A stretch of DNA of 29,619 nt from an uncultured Calditrichota bacterium (GTDB lineage: Bacteria > Calditrichota > Calditrichia > JAJRVZ01). Below, in pieces: positions 7,941 through 17,293 of this stretch; within the stretch, counting starts at the first letter, position 1; each line of letters opens with the position of its first letter. Location: contig CAYSHN010000001.1 in NCBI GenBank assembly GCA_964430815.1, forward strand, positions 1 to 29,619. Reading direction: 5' to 3'. The notes under the pieces were generated by a model, which worked only from the letters and a program-made list of their open reading frames with translations, ran no database searches and was not told where the DNA came from. The translations under genes and the position numbers were made by a program.

Positions 7941-10349
7941 ATGAAGTATAAAAAACTAAAAACAAAATTCCAGCGACTATATCAAAGACTTAATGGTTGT
8001 ACCATTGAATATGACCTGACACCTTATTATACCATCCTGGAAGAGATTAATTCCCGTGCACTAATATTCAGTAATAAAACCGATCAGCAACTTGTACAGA
8101 TGTCTGCGGAATTAAAAAAGCAGGTTCAGCAGAATGATATAACTGAACAACTGTTGATTGAAGCATATGCCCTGGTTCGTGAAACGACCGGGCGGGTACT
8201 TAAGTTAAGTCCATTTGATGTCCAGATAATTGGGGCAATAGCTATGCAACGGGGAAAATTAGCTGAAATGCAAACCGGAGAGGGAAAAACTCTGACAGCA
8301 GTATTCCCTGCCTATCTCCAGGCCTGCGGCGGAAAGGGTGTCCATATCCTGACTTTCAATGACTATTTAGCACGGAGAGACGCCCTGTGGATGGGTCCGG
8401 TTTATCAATTCTTAGGTCTGACGGTTGGATTTATCCAGCAGGGCATGACGGTACAGCAGCGGCGGTCCGCCTATCGGGCCGAGATAACTTACATAACTGC
8501 CAAAGAAGCCGGTTTTGATTATCTGCGGGATAGTTTGTGCCTGGAACAGGATAAAATAGTCCAGCGGCCATTTAACCTGGCTATAATTGATGAAGCGGAT
8601 TCCATATTAATTGATGAGGCTCGTATTCCACTGGTTATTGCCGGAGCGGCCGATGATTATATCGCACATGTCCATCAATTGGCCGGAATAACCCGCTCGT
8701 TAGAGAATGAAATTGATTTTGAATTTGATGAATATGGTCGGGATATCCATTTAACCGATCCTGGCCAAAGACATGTTGAAAAAATGTCAGGCTGTGGGAA
8801 TTTATATAACACAGAAAATATTGAGTTATTAACCCGTTTACATTGTGCACTCCATGCCGAATTCCTGTTACATCGTGATGTCGATTATATTGTACGTAAT
8901 GGTAAAATTGAACTGGTTGATGAATTTACCGGCCGGGTAGCCGATAAACGCCGCTGGCCAGATGGCCTGCAGGCAGCCCTGGAAGCTAAAGAGAATATCG
9001 ATATTCAAGCCAAAGGGAATATCCTGAATTCCATTTCACTACAACACTTTTTACAACTCTATCCCAGCATATGTGGTATGACTGCTACGGCGCAGGCGGC
9101 GGAAGAAGAATTTCGGGAATTCTATAATTTAAATATCGTAGTCATTCCACCTAATCGAGAATGCATCCGCATAGATCATCGGGATATTATTTTCAGAACT
9201 AAAGTTGAGAAAGAACAAGCGGTACTTAATGAAATTATCAACATCCATCAGACTAAACGTCCGATCCTGGTTGGTACCCGCAGTGTGGAAGAGTCGATCA
9301 GACTAGCTGACACTTTGCGGCAAAAGGGTTTAGAGTGCGAAGTTTTAAATGCGAAACGGGATGAATATGAAGCTCAGATTATTGCTGAAGCTGGTAAATT
9401 GGGCGCCGTCACCATTTCCACCAACATGGCCGGACGGGGCACTGATATCCGCCTGGGTGGTGTCGATGAAAAAGAAAAATTACAAGTCATGGAATTAGGT
9501 GGTTTATATGTGATCGGTACCAATAAGCATGAAAGTAAAAGAATTGATCTGCAATTACGCGGGCGGGCCGGCCGGCAAGGAGACCCCGGATCTTCATGTT
9601 TTTTTATAAGTATGGAAGATGATATATTTCTCAAATATCGCCTCAAAGATCTGCTACCGGAATATATTCTAAGCAGAACGCAAAATGGAGAAATAGATAG
9701 TCCGATCGTCAGCAGAGAGATAGCCAGGATCCAGCGTATTTGTGAAGGTCAAAATCTGGAAATTAAAAAAACATTGTGTAAATATTCTGGGTTGATTGAA
9801 CAACAAAGAGTGATATTATTTACCCGCCGGCAGGGCATCCTCTGTGACCGGTTAGGCCCGGCTTTATTCAAAAAGGAATCAACGGAAAAGTATAATTACT
9901 ATTCTGCTGTGTTCGGTAATGAGAAACTGGAAAACCTTTGCCGCTCGATTTCTTTATATCAGATCGATTCCAGTTGGTCTGAATATCTGGCCGAAATTGC
10001 CGACATCCGTGAAAGTATTCATTTGAAACGCGTCGGCGGGCAGGATCCGTATATTGAATTTCAAAAGTTAGCCATAAAAATCTTTGATGAACTATTGGCC
10101 AAATTGGATGAGCAATTGATTCATATTTTCAACTCTTTGCCAATTAAGGAACAAGACATTAATCTGGAAAAACTGGGGCTGCGGGCACCGGCAGCTACCT
10201 GGACATACCTGGTCAATGACAATCCGTTTGAACATAATCTGGGGATGCAGTTAATCGGAGATGCTGGTATGCAAATTGGTGCTGGCATCCTGACTCCTTT
10301 ACTGGCTATGCAATTGATGTTCAGAAAAAAAAGTTCTAAACTGAAATGA
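7941..10349 (+). CDS. secA2: Accessory Sec translocase ATPase SecA2
   Basis: SecA motifs EMQTGEGKT, NDYLARRD, IIDEADSILIDEARIPL, RRWPDGLQAALEAKE, TNMAGRGTDI, QLRGRAGRQGDPG. It has a shortened wing region, no C-terminal CxC zinc motif, and the AATWTYLVNDNPF tail I associate with SecA2 paralogs. Start ATG 7941 follows CAGGA; the ORF track begins at 7881. Confidence 0.85.
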   Translation: MKYKKLKTKFQRLYQRLNGCTIEYDLTPYYTILEEINSRALIFSNKTDQQLVQMSAELKKQVQQNDITEQLLIEAYALVRETTGRVLKLSPFDVQIIGAIAMQRGKLAEMQTGEGKTLTAVFPAYLQACGGKGVHILTFNDYLARRDALWMGPVYQFLGLTVGFIQQGMTVQQRRSAYRAEITYITAKEAGFDYLRDSLCLEQDKIVQRPFNLAIIDEADSILIDEARIPLVIAGAADDYIAHVHQLAGITRSLENEIDFEFDEYGRDIHLTDPGQRHVEKMSGCGNLYNTENIELLTRLHCALHAEFLLHRDVDYIVRNGKIELVDEFTGRVADKRRWPDGLQAALEAKENIDIQAKGNILNSISLQHFLQLYPSICGMTATAQAAEEEFREFYNLNIVVIPPNRECIRIDHRDIIFRTKVEKEQAVLNEIINIHQTKRPILVGTRSVEESIRLADTLRQKGLECEVLNAKRDEYEAQIIAEAGKLGAVTISTNMAGRGTDIRLGGVDEKEKLQVMELGGLYVIGTNKHESKRIDLQLRGRAGRQGDPGSSCFFISMEDDIFLKYRLKDLLPEYILSRTQNGEIDSPIVSREIARIQRICEGQNLEIKKTLCKYSGLIEQQRVILFTRRQGILCDRLGPALFKKESTEKYNYYSAVFGNEKLENLCRSISLYQIDSSWSEYLAEIADIRESIHLKRVGGQDPYIEFQKLAIKIFDELLAKLDEQLIHIFNSLPIKEQDINLEKLGLRAPAATWTYLVNDNPFEHNLGMQLIGDAGMQIGAGILTPLLAMQLMFRKKSSKLK

Positions 10350-10507
10350 CTGTTCCGGCAGTATACACAATATTGCTAAATTACTTTTTAGCAAATATAT
10401 TATTAGTAGTGAGCAAGGTGATATTTGCTGTGTTCTATCACCTGAGAAGGTATATATTGATTACACCGGTTATCTATATTTATCTATACTTTTAAGCGAG
10501 GTGAACT

Positions 10508-11539
10508 ATGATTGCTAGATTTAATCCAGCATCAGCATCAAATCGGTCCAGCAAACTATTGCTGCTCCTGTTTTATCCTGCAATTATATTTAGCGCAACT
10601 GGTTTAATTCAAGCCCAGGGCAGCCTGGGGCAAGTACCAGGGTCAATCGCCACCTTTTCCATCGTCGCCCGTGACTCATTGACCGGAGAACTGGGTGTGG
10701 CCGTGGCCTCCCGTTTCTTTGCTGTAGGTTCGGTAGTTCCCTGGGCACAAGCCGATGTGGGGGCTGTTGCTACACAATCTTTTGCCAATACCAGTTATGG
10801 CTGGAGAGGACTGGAGTTACTGAAGCAAGGTGTTAATCCGGAAGAGGCTGCACAAATATTGTTGCGGACAGATAGCGATCGAGAAAAGAGGCAGTTTGGA
10901 ATTGTAGCAGCAGATGGAAAATCGACGAGTTATACCGGAAAAAATTGCCTCTCCTGGGCTGGCGGACGGTATGGGCGTGATTACGCGGTTCAGGGGAATA
11001 TACTGGCCGGTGAAGTGGTGGTTGCGGGTATGGAAACTGCTTTTTTAGAAACAAAAGGGACACTGGCGGACCGACTGTATGCGGCCTTACTGGCTGGCGA
11101 TAAAAACGGAGGGGATGCCCGTGGAAAACAATCAGCTGCTTTGCTGGTGGTCAAAAAAAATGCTGGTTATGGCGGGTTCAATGACCGGGCTATCGATATA
11201 CGGGTTGACGATCATGTCGAACCATTTATAGAATTGGGGCGCTTGCTGGAATATGCACAGATGAATTATTCCTGGAACGAAGCCTGGACATTATTTACCC
11301 AAAAGATGTATAAAGAAGCATTACCATATATGGAACGAACGGCAAATCTGGCATCGGAAAATGCCGAGGTGCTATATGATCTTGCTGTTATTCGGTTGGC
11401 AGCGGGGAACCAGGATATGGCTTTGAATGCTCTGGGAAAAGCACTGCGCTTAAATCCAAAATTGAAGAAACAAGCCGGAAACGATGAAGATCTTCGAGCT
11501 TTACGGGAAAATAAATCATTTTTAGAATTAATTAAATAA
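10508..11539 (+). CDS. DUF1028 (Ntn-hydrolase-like) domain protein with signal-like N-terminus and C-terminal TPR
   Basis: ATFSIVARD...GVAVASRFFAVGSVVPWA...GAVATQS, GGDARGKQSAALLV and DIRVDDH..PFIEL.RL. The C-terminal AEVLYDLAVIRLAAG...ALNALGKALRLNP is TPR-like. SD is GAGGTG. Confidence 0.85.
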   Translation: MIARFNPASASNRSSKLLLLLFYPAIIFSATGLIQAQGSLGQVPGSIATFSIVARDSLTGELGVAVASRFFAVGSVVPWAQADVGAVATQSFANTSYGWRGLELLKQGVNPEEAAQILLRTDSDREKRQFGIVAADGKSTSYTGKNCLSWAGGRYGRDYAVQGNILAGEVVVAGMETAFLETKGTLADRLYAALLAGDKNGGDARGKQSAALLVVKKNAGYGGFNDRAIDIRVDDHVEPFIELGRLLEYAQMNYSWNEAWTLFTQKMYKEALPYMERTANLASENAEVLYDLAVIRLAAGNQDMALNALGKALRLNPKLKKQAGNDEDLRALRENKSFLELIK

Positions 11540-11562
11540 GGAAATCCTAAAGGAGATTGACT

Positions 11563-12477
11563 GTGAGCACAATCAGAAGGATCAAGAAAGTTTTAAAAAG
11601 TAAACCGACACTGGAAGGTGCCGGTGTCCATCTGAAGCGGGCTTTTGGCAACCAGCATGCCCCGCAATTGGATCCATTTTTATTACTTGATGATTTTCAT
11701 TCCAATAATCCTCAGCATTACCTGGATGGATTTCCGTGGCATCCCCATCGCGGCATAGAAACTATTACCTATATGCTGCAGGGCAGGGTGGAACATGGGG
11801 ACAGTATGGGTAACAAGGGGGTGATCAAGCCAGGCGGAGTCCAATGGATGACTGCCGGCAGCGGCATCGTTCATCAGGAAATGCCCAAAGGTAGTAAGGA
11901 TGGCTCCATGTGGGGTTTGCAGTTATGGGCTAATTTACCTGCTGCCAATAAGATGATGGAACCCCGTTATCGAGAAATAAGCAGTGATCAAATTCCTGAA
12001 GTTATGCTGGATAAAGGTGTGCGCATTAGAATTATTTGCGGAAAAATTGATCAGACCAGGGGAGCTGTACAGGATGTAGTCATTGATCCCGAGTACCTCG
12101 ATGTGACTATGCCGGCTGGTGTTAATTTCAGACATCCGGTAAATGCCGGTTATACTTCTTTCGCCTATGTATTGGAAGGAAAGGCTTACTTTGAACCCGA
12201 ACGGGACCCCTATCACTATGAAATTGAAGGTAAGAATTATTTCGATTTTAAGCGTGAATGTTTACAAGGAGTTGAAAACCTGATCATTTTTGCTGACGGT
12301 GAAGAAATTGACATCGCGACGGAAAATGAGAATGTGCGATTTTTACTTATTTCCGGACGGCCGATCAAAGAACCCGTGGCCTGGTATGGTCCGATCGTCA
12401 TGAATACTCGTGAGGAACTGCAAATTGCCTTCGAGGAGTACCAGCAGGGAACTTTTTTAAAACATCAAAAAAAATAA
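11563..12477 (+). CDS. Pirin family protein
   Basis: DPFLLLDDF, FPWHPHRGIETITY, GGVQWMTAGSGIVHQEMP, GLQLWANLP and EPVAWYGPIVMNT motifs. GTG 11563 is 7 nt after AGGAG, a better start than TTG 11557. Confidence 0.93.
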   Translation: MSTIRRIKKVLKSKPTLEGAGVHLKRAFGNQHAPQLDPFLLLDDFHSNNPQHYLDGFPWHPHRGIETITYMLQGRVEHGDSMGNKGVIKPGGVQWMTAGSGIVHQEMPKGSKDGSMWGLQLWANLPAANKMMEPRYREISSDQIPEVMLDKGVRIRIICGKIDQTRGAVQDVVIDPEYLDVTMPAGVNFRHPVNAGYTSFAYVLEGKAYFEPERDPYHYEIEGKNYFDFKRECLQGVENLIIFADGEEIDIATENENVRFLLISGRPIKEPVAWYGPIVMNTREELQIAFEEYQQGTFLKHQKK

Positions 12478-12539
12478 GAAACTGTTCAGTTCGGCTGAAA
12501 TAGCAGTCGCGAAATACTACTGACCTCCTTTTCTGTAAT

Positions 12540-13478
12540 CTATCTTTTGTCGGTAAAGTGCTTTGCGGAAACTAGAATAAGGCTTTTAAGAAATTTGAAA
12601 GCGACAACTATTGTGATAATTAAAACGAATGCCAACGCAATATCATTAAGATCAACACCAGGTATTTTTGTAAAATCAGTTTTCACAGGACTATTCCAAA
12701 CGAACTGAAGTAAAAATAGGATTGCCGAATTCTTAATCAGGTCCAACCAGCGGGATCGGCTGATCAAGCGAGCTGCATAACCGATAACTTCGCAACCGAG
12801 CATTGCCAGGAAAAAAAGTGAATAATACAATGAAGCATCCGGGCCAAACAGAGGCACTGGATTACCGGGATTGTTGATTGAAGCGAAGAATATTGTTCCG
12901 AATCGTATAAACATGAAAACAAAAAACAAAAAAACCAGAATCAAGATGGTCATAAAAACTATTTTGGGCTTTCTCATTTCTTTTGCCGATTCTCCCGCTG
13001 CAAAAAGGTTCGGCCAGGGCAGGCGGACTTCCTTTTTTTTCTGGGTCACGAAATAAAGGAATATCACTACTAATCCGAGATCATAAATGTAAGCCATTGG
13101 TATGTAAAACAATACCTGCCATGTATCCATATTGGGAATATACAAGAAGGGGAACACCACCATACTGAGATGAAACAGAAAGGCAGCGAGGATCAAGGCA
13201 AAGTGGCAGGCAAAGAGAATTCCGGTATAAAGAAAAAGATACCGTTTAAAGGTTGGTGAGATGATCTCAATTCCTTCCAGGTATTTTGCTGCGACTTGTT
13301 GCGGCGTACCATACCCTGAAACGGTCTTATTTACGGCATCTTCGGTTATTGTTTCAAATCCAGCTTCTGCTTTTTCAAGGATATGGCTTTTGATTTCCGC
13401 CAGTATCTCCTCGGCACCATCCTTGACAGCCAGATCGTGGCTGATTTCGCGGAGATAATTTTCAAGGTTTTGATACAT
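12540..13478 (-). CDS. PadR-associated membrane protein with N-terminal HAAS-like helical domain
   Basis: YLREISHDL...EEILAEIKSHILEK...YGTPQQVAAKY followed by several TM helices. Overlaps the padR stop and has a GGAGG SD. Confidence 0.75.
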   Translation of the reverse strand: MYQNLENYLREISHDLAVKDGAEEILAEIKSHILEKAEAGFETITEDAVNKTVSGYGTPQQVAAKYLEGIEIISPTFKRYLFLYTGILFACHFALILAAFLFHLSMVVFPFLYIPNMDTWQVLFYIPMAYIYDLGLVVIFLYFVTQKKKEVRLPWPNLFAAGESAKEMRKPKIVFMTILILVFLFFVFMFIRFGTIFFASINNPGNPVPLFGPDASLYYSLFFLAMLGCEVIGYAARLISRSRWLDLIKNSAILFLLQFVWNSPVKTDFTKIPGVDLNDIALAFVLIITIVVAFKFLKSLILVSAKHFTDKR

Positions 13479-13809
13479 GATATTTGACCTCCATTATTTT
13501 TTTTAGAATTTTGTTTTGTTCCTCCCAGATAGAGAGAGCTTTTTTCCGCACCGACCGCCCCAGGGGGCTAATGAGGTAAAACTTCTTCGGCCTGTCATCA
13601 CTGACGTCCCATTCGCTCGTGATCAAACCGTTCTTTTCGAGCCTGCGAAGAATGGGATAGAGAGTGTTCTCTTCCACCGTATACCCGGTCTGTTCGAGAA
13701 ACTTCAGCATTTTGTACCCGTACATTTTTTGCTCAAGTACCGCCAGAACGAGGATTTGGAGGAAGCCCCTGTTCATTTCGGTCTCAAGATTTGTGATATC
13801 TATTTCCAT
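13462..13809 (-). CDS. PadR family transcriptional regulator
   Basis: RGFLQILVLAVL...MYGY...ENTLYPILRRLEKNGLITSEW...RPKKFYLISPLGR is a short-type PadR wHTH. Confidence 0.93.
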   Translation of the reverse strand: MEIDITNLETEMNRGFLQILVLAVLEQKMYGYKMLKFLEQTGYTVEENTLYPILRRLEKNGLITSEWDVSDDRPKKFYLISPLGRSVRKKALSIWEEQNKILKKIMEVKYHVSKP

Positions 13810-13839
13810 TTCTCTTCCTTTTATATACTATACGATACA

Positions 13840-13868
13840 AACATACTGTATGTTGCACAGTATATCAA
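13840..13868 (-). promoter_or_regulatory. Sigma70 promoter of padR overlapped by a perfect 7-7-7 operator
   Basis: The - strand reads TTGATA-17nt-TATGTT. The palindrome ATACTGT-N7-ACAGTAT (13843-13863) fills the spacer. Confidence 0.65.
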
Positions 13869-14036
13869 GTATTTTTTCCCTTTATAAATATTGGGGGTTT
13901 ACTTGATATCAGTCTAGGCCCGACAAAGGCTTTTTATTAAAGGTGTGCTTTTTGCTAGGGTTTTTGTCACTGGAAATCGCTAAAAGGAGCTAAAAACTCT
14001 CATATGAGTTTAGAATGGTTTCTTCTGTGGGAATAA

Positions 14037-14144
14037 ATATCCCTTCTCCTGGTGAAATGTTATTGCATTTGAATACTCGACCAGGCCTAAACATAAATTA
14101 TTCTGATCAACATAGTTGTATTCCACACCAGGAGCAGGGGATAT
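14037..14144. repeat. Intergenic 18/19-bp inverted repeat enclosing further stems (structured RNA or MITE-like)
   Basis: ATATCCCTTCTCCTGGTG (14037-14054) versus CACCAGGAGCAGGGGATAT (14126-14144). Internal stems are AAATG/CATTT and GAATAC/GTATTC. Confidence 0.5.
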
Positions 14145-14181
14145 CCATTTAAATTATCAAAAAGACTACTGGCAAAACTAT

Positions 14182-15060
14182 TTATTTAATAAAGAGCATT
14201 CTTTTGCTTTGAGTAAATGTTCCAGCTTCCAGATTGTAGAAATAAGCCCCGGAAGGTAACATCGTATTTGGCTTCCATTGCATGGAATGGTATCCTGCCG
14301 CCATATTCTGCCGGTTAATCAGTTTATCCACAACTTTGCCGCTCACGTCATATACAGTTAAAGTAACTTCGCTGTTCCGTGGTAACGAAAATCCGATTGT
14401 TGTAGATGGATTGAATGGATTGGGATAATTCTGGTTTAGCAAGATGGTCGATGGCAAAACGGAGTTTGCAGTCTCCACACTAGTGGGATTCATGGAAAGA
14501 GATAGATCATCAATTAAAAATTGCGTTCCGATGTGATCAGTCTCGGTTGAATGGTTAGTAACTATAATTTCTATCCATACTGTATCCGGTGTAAATTCCG
14601 GATTGGGATAGTAAATTCCAACTGCGAAAGGGGTATAGGCAGAAGCGGAATTAGAAATCTCAAGTGCACCTGTGCCAATGAAATTCCCACTGTTCGACAT
14701 GGTGACAGCAATAATCAGGACGTCCCCTTCTATAGGTGTAAATTGATAAAATCCTTCCAGGCTTAGATACTTTGCAGAAACGGGAAATCCAGTTCCATCA
14801 TCACCAGACAAAATAATCGGTGGCCAGGGTGTACTCAAAAAATTAACAACCTCACCTTTAAGGGCATAAGATCCACTATGACTGGTATTCGATTGGGTAA
14901 CTGGTACATAAAGTTGTTCAGCATTATTAACACTCCAATGATCGGGAGTATTGCCCGTCCATTGTTCAAAACCACCATTTAGTATTTGGGCAAAACTCAT
15001 TACGGGCAATAAAAAAATTGCTAAGCTACTTAGCAGAACACATGCTGTTACTCTTCTCAT
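14182..15060 (-). CDS. Secreted protein with T9SS type A-like C-terminal sorting domain and a CBM-like NGGFE domain
   Basis: Signal peptide ending SFA-Q, then ILNGGFEQWT. The C-terminus is LNQNYPNPFNPSTTIGFSLP...VTLTVYDVSGKVV...SGAYFYNLEAGTFTQSKRMLFIK*. Confidence 0.88.
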   Translation of the reverse strand: MRRVTACVLLSSLAIFLLPVMSFAQILNGGFEQWTGNTPDHWSVNNAEQLYVPVTQSNTSHSGSYALKGEVVNFLSTPWPPIILSGDDGTGFPVSAKYLSLEGFYQFTPIEGDVLIIAVTMSNSGNFIGTGALEISNSASAYTPFAVGIYYPNPEFTPDTVWIEIIVTNHSTETDHIGTQFLIDDLSLSMNPTSVETANSVLPSTILLNQNYPNPFNPSTTIGFSLPRNSEVTLTVYDVSGKVVDKLINRQNMAAGYHSMQWKPNTMLPSGAYFYNLEAGTFTQSKRMLFIK

Positions 15061-15469
15061 AGTTAATCTCTCCTCTTTTATTGTTGAATTTGCAATAAGA
15101 CTATGAATTATTGTAAGTATTACGATTTATTTTACATTTTATATCTTATTTATACGTAACTAAACATTCAAGGTATTTATTTCTTTTTACAGGTAACTAT
15201 TATTCAATATTGTAAACAAGTATTTAAGGCCGGGGTAAAAGCCAAACTTAATTTTATAAGGAAGATGCTGTCAACAATGAAACTTGTTGTTTGTAATGGA
15301 TTTGTTTGAAATAAATCATATTTTCGTCCTACAGAATTATTACCTGGGGAGCAATGAAAAGAATAATGAAAGGATATATTTTTATTTTTAGAATGAATTG
15401 AATAAATTTAGAAAAAAGAAATGACTTAAAATCCCGGGATGAAGACAAAGGGAAAGAAGAGGAATTAAG

Positions 15470-17290
15470 GTGCAGATTCTGGGTATTTCTGCTTTTTATC
15501 ATGATAGTGCCGCCGCTCTGGTTAGCGACGGTGATATCCGTGCTGCGGTGCAGGAAGAACGTTTCACCAGGAAGAAACATGATTTTGAATTTCCGGAACA
15601 TTCGATCAATTATTGCCTACAAGCCAATAAATTGCAAGACCAAGACCTGGATTATGTGGTCTTTTATGATAAACCGTTTCTAAAATTCGAAAGAATCCTG
15701 GAAACGTATCTGCAGTATGCACCCTGTGGTTTTAGCTCATTTCGCAAAGCCATCCCCCTGTGGTTGAAAAGAAAACTATGGATAAAAAATCTGATTGAAG
15801 AAGCCTTACCGGGCTTTAAGGGTAAAATATTATTTACCGAGCATCATCAATCCCATGCCGCCTCAGCTTTTTATCCATCCCCGTTTACCAAAGCGGCCAT
15901 CATCACCACGGATGGTGTGGGTGAATGGACCACCACCAGCATCGGTTACGGGGAGCATAATAAAATAAAAATTTTACAGGAAATTTATTTCCCCCATTCC
16001 CTGGGCATGCTTTATTCTGCCTTTACTTATTATACCGGTTTTAAAGTCAATTCCGGCGAGTACAAGGTGATGGGCCTGGCCCCTTATGGTAACCCCATTT
16101 ATGTGCAGAGAATTCTAGACAATCTTATTGATATAAAAGAGGATGGGTCTTTTAAATTAAATATGAAGTATTTTAACTATACTTCCGGTCTGACCATGAC
16201 CAGCCGTCATTTTGATAAACTAATTGCTGGCCCAGCGCGGAAACCGGAATCGCCTTTGCGTCAGGTTGATATGGATCTGGCCCGCTCGGTACAGGATGTC
16301 ATCGAGATCGTTTTAAATAATATGGCCCGTTTTGCCCGGCAGGAGACCGGAGCAACTAAACTTTGCCTGGCCGGTGGGGTAGCCCTTAATTGTGTTGCCA
16401 ACAGTAAAGTTCTGAATCAGGATTTATTCGAGGATATCTGGATTCAACCGGCAGCCGGGGATGCCGGAGGAGCTCTGGGGGCTGCACTGGCGGTGTGGTA
16501 TCAATATCTTGGAAATCACCGGCCGGAACCGGGTGACCATGATCAGCAAAAAGGATCGTATCTGGGACCAGAGTACCCTGATGCTGATATTTTAACTTTT
16601 TTGCAGCAGGATAATATTCCATTTAAAAAATATGATGAAACGGATTTGCTGGAGCAGACAGCAGGATTGATTGCAGCCGGCAAGGTAATAGGTTGGTTCA
16701 AGGGACGCATGGAATATGGTCCGCGGGCTCTGGGTACCCGCAGCATCCTCGGCGATGCCCGTAATCCCGAGATGCAGAAACGGATGAATCTCAAAATCAA
16801 ATTCCGTGAATCATTCCGTCCTTTTGCACCCGCGGTGCTGGCAGAAGAGGCCAATAATTATTTCGTTTTTGACCGGGAAAGCCCTTATATGTTATTTACT
16901 GCCGCGGTAAAGCCGGAATTGCGGCGCGATATGACTACAGAAGAAAAAGCACGTTTCGGTCTGGATAAATTGAATGTGGTACGTTCCAGTCTGCCGGCTA
17001 TTACTCATATTGATTATTCAGCACGATTACAGACGGTGCACCAGGAGACCAATCCCGGATTCTGGAATCTGCTTAAAAGTTTTCAAAAACTAACCGGTTG
17101 CCCGGTGATCATCAATACCTCCTTCAATGTCCGCGGCGAACCGATCGTTTGTACACCACAGGATGCCTATAAGTGTTTTATGCGTACTGAAATGGATTAT
17201 CTGGTGCTGGGGAATTTTTTACTGGATAAAATGGATCAGCCGGAAGAGTCGAAAATGAAGTATAAACAGGAAAAATTCGAACTGGATTAA
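15470..17290 (+). CDS. Carbamoyltransferase (NodU/CmcH/SxtI-like)
   Basis: ILGISAFYHDSAAAL, EERFTRKKH, EHHQSHAASAF, GEYKVMGLAPYG, AGGVALNCVAN, PAAGDAGGA, GPRALGTRSI, FRESFRPFAP and NTSFNVRGEPIV motifs. GTG start after GAGGA. Confidence 0.95.
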   Translation: MQILGISAFYHDSAAALVSDGDIRAAVQEERFTRKKHDFEFPEHSINYCLQANKLQDQDLDYVVFYDKPFLKFERILETYLQYAPCGFSSFRKAIPLWLKRKLWIKNLIEEALPGFKGKILFTEHHQSHAASAFYPSPFTKAAIITTDGVGEWTTTSIGYGEHNKIKILQEIYFPHSLGMLYSAFTYYTGFKVNSGEYKVMGLAPYGNPIYVQRILDNLIDIKEDGSFKLNMKYFNYTSGLTMTSRHFDKLIAGPARKPESPLRQVDMDLARSVQDVIEIVLNNMARFARQETGATKLCLAGGVALNCVANSKVLNQDLFEDIWIQPAAGDAGGALGAALAVWYQYLGNHRPEPGDHDQQKGSYLGPEYPDADILTFLQQDNIPFKKYDETDLLEQTAGLIAAGKVIGWFKGRMEYGPRALGTRSILGDARNPEMQKRMNLKIKFRESFRPFAPAVLAEEANNYFVFDRESPYMLFTAAVKPELRRDMTTEEKARFGLDKLNVVRSSLPAITHIDYSARLQTVHQETNPGFWNLLKSFQKLTGCPVIINTSFNVRGEPIVCTPQDAYKCFMRTEMDYLVLGNFLLDKMDQPEESKMKYKQEKFELD

Positions 17291-17293
17291 AAG

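Noticed and set aside
7881-10349. Accessory SecA2-SecY2 glycoprotein export system
   Set aside because: No secY2, asp1-5, gtfA/B or serine-rich repeat gene is in the window.
12481-12512. Bidirectional terminator between pirin and the HAAS gene
   Set aside because: The stem (TTCAG/CTGAA) is only 5 bp and has no adjacent U-tract, which is too weak to call.
14037-14144. SRP (4.5S) or 6S RNA
   Set aside because: CCAGGAGCAG resembles SRP helix 8, but the CAGG-stem-GNRA-stem-AGCA arrangement is missing. It is too short and lacks the central bubble of 6S.
15329-15601. 90-aa minus-strand ORF
   Set aside because: It overlaps the carbamoyltransferase start antisense and otherwise reads AT-rich promoter DNA.
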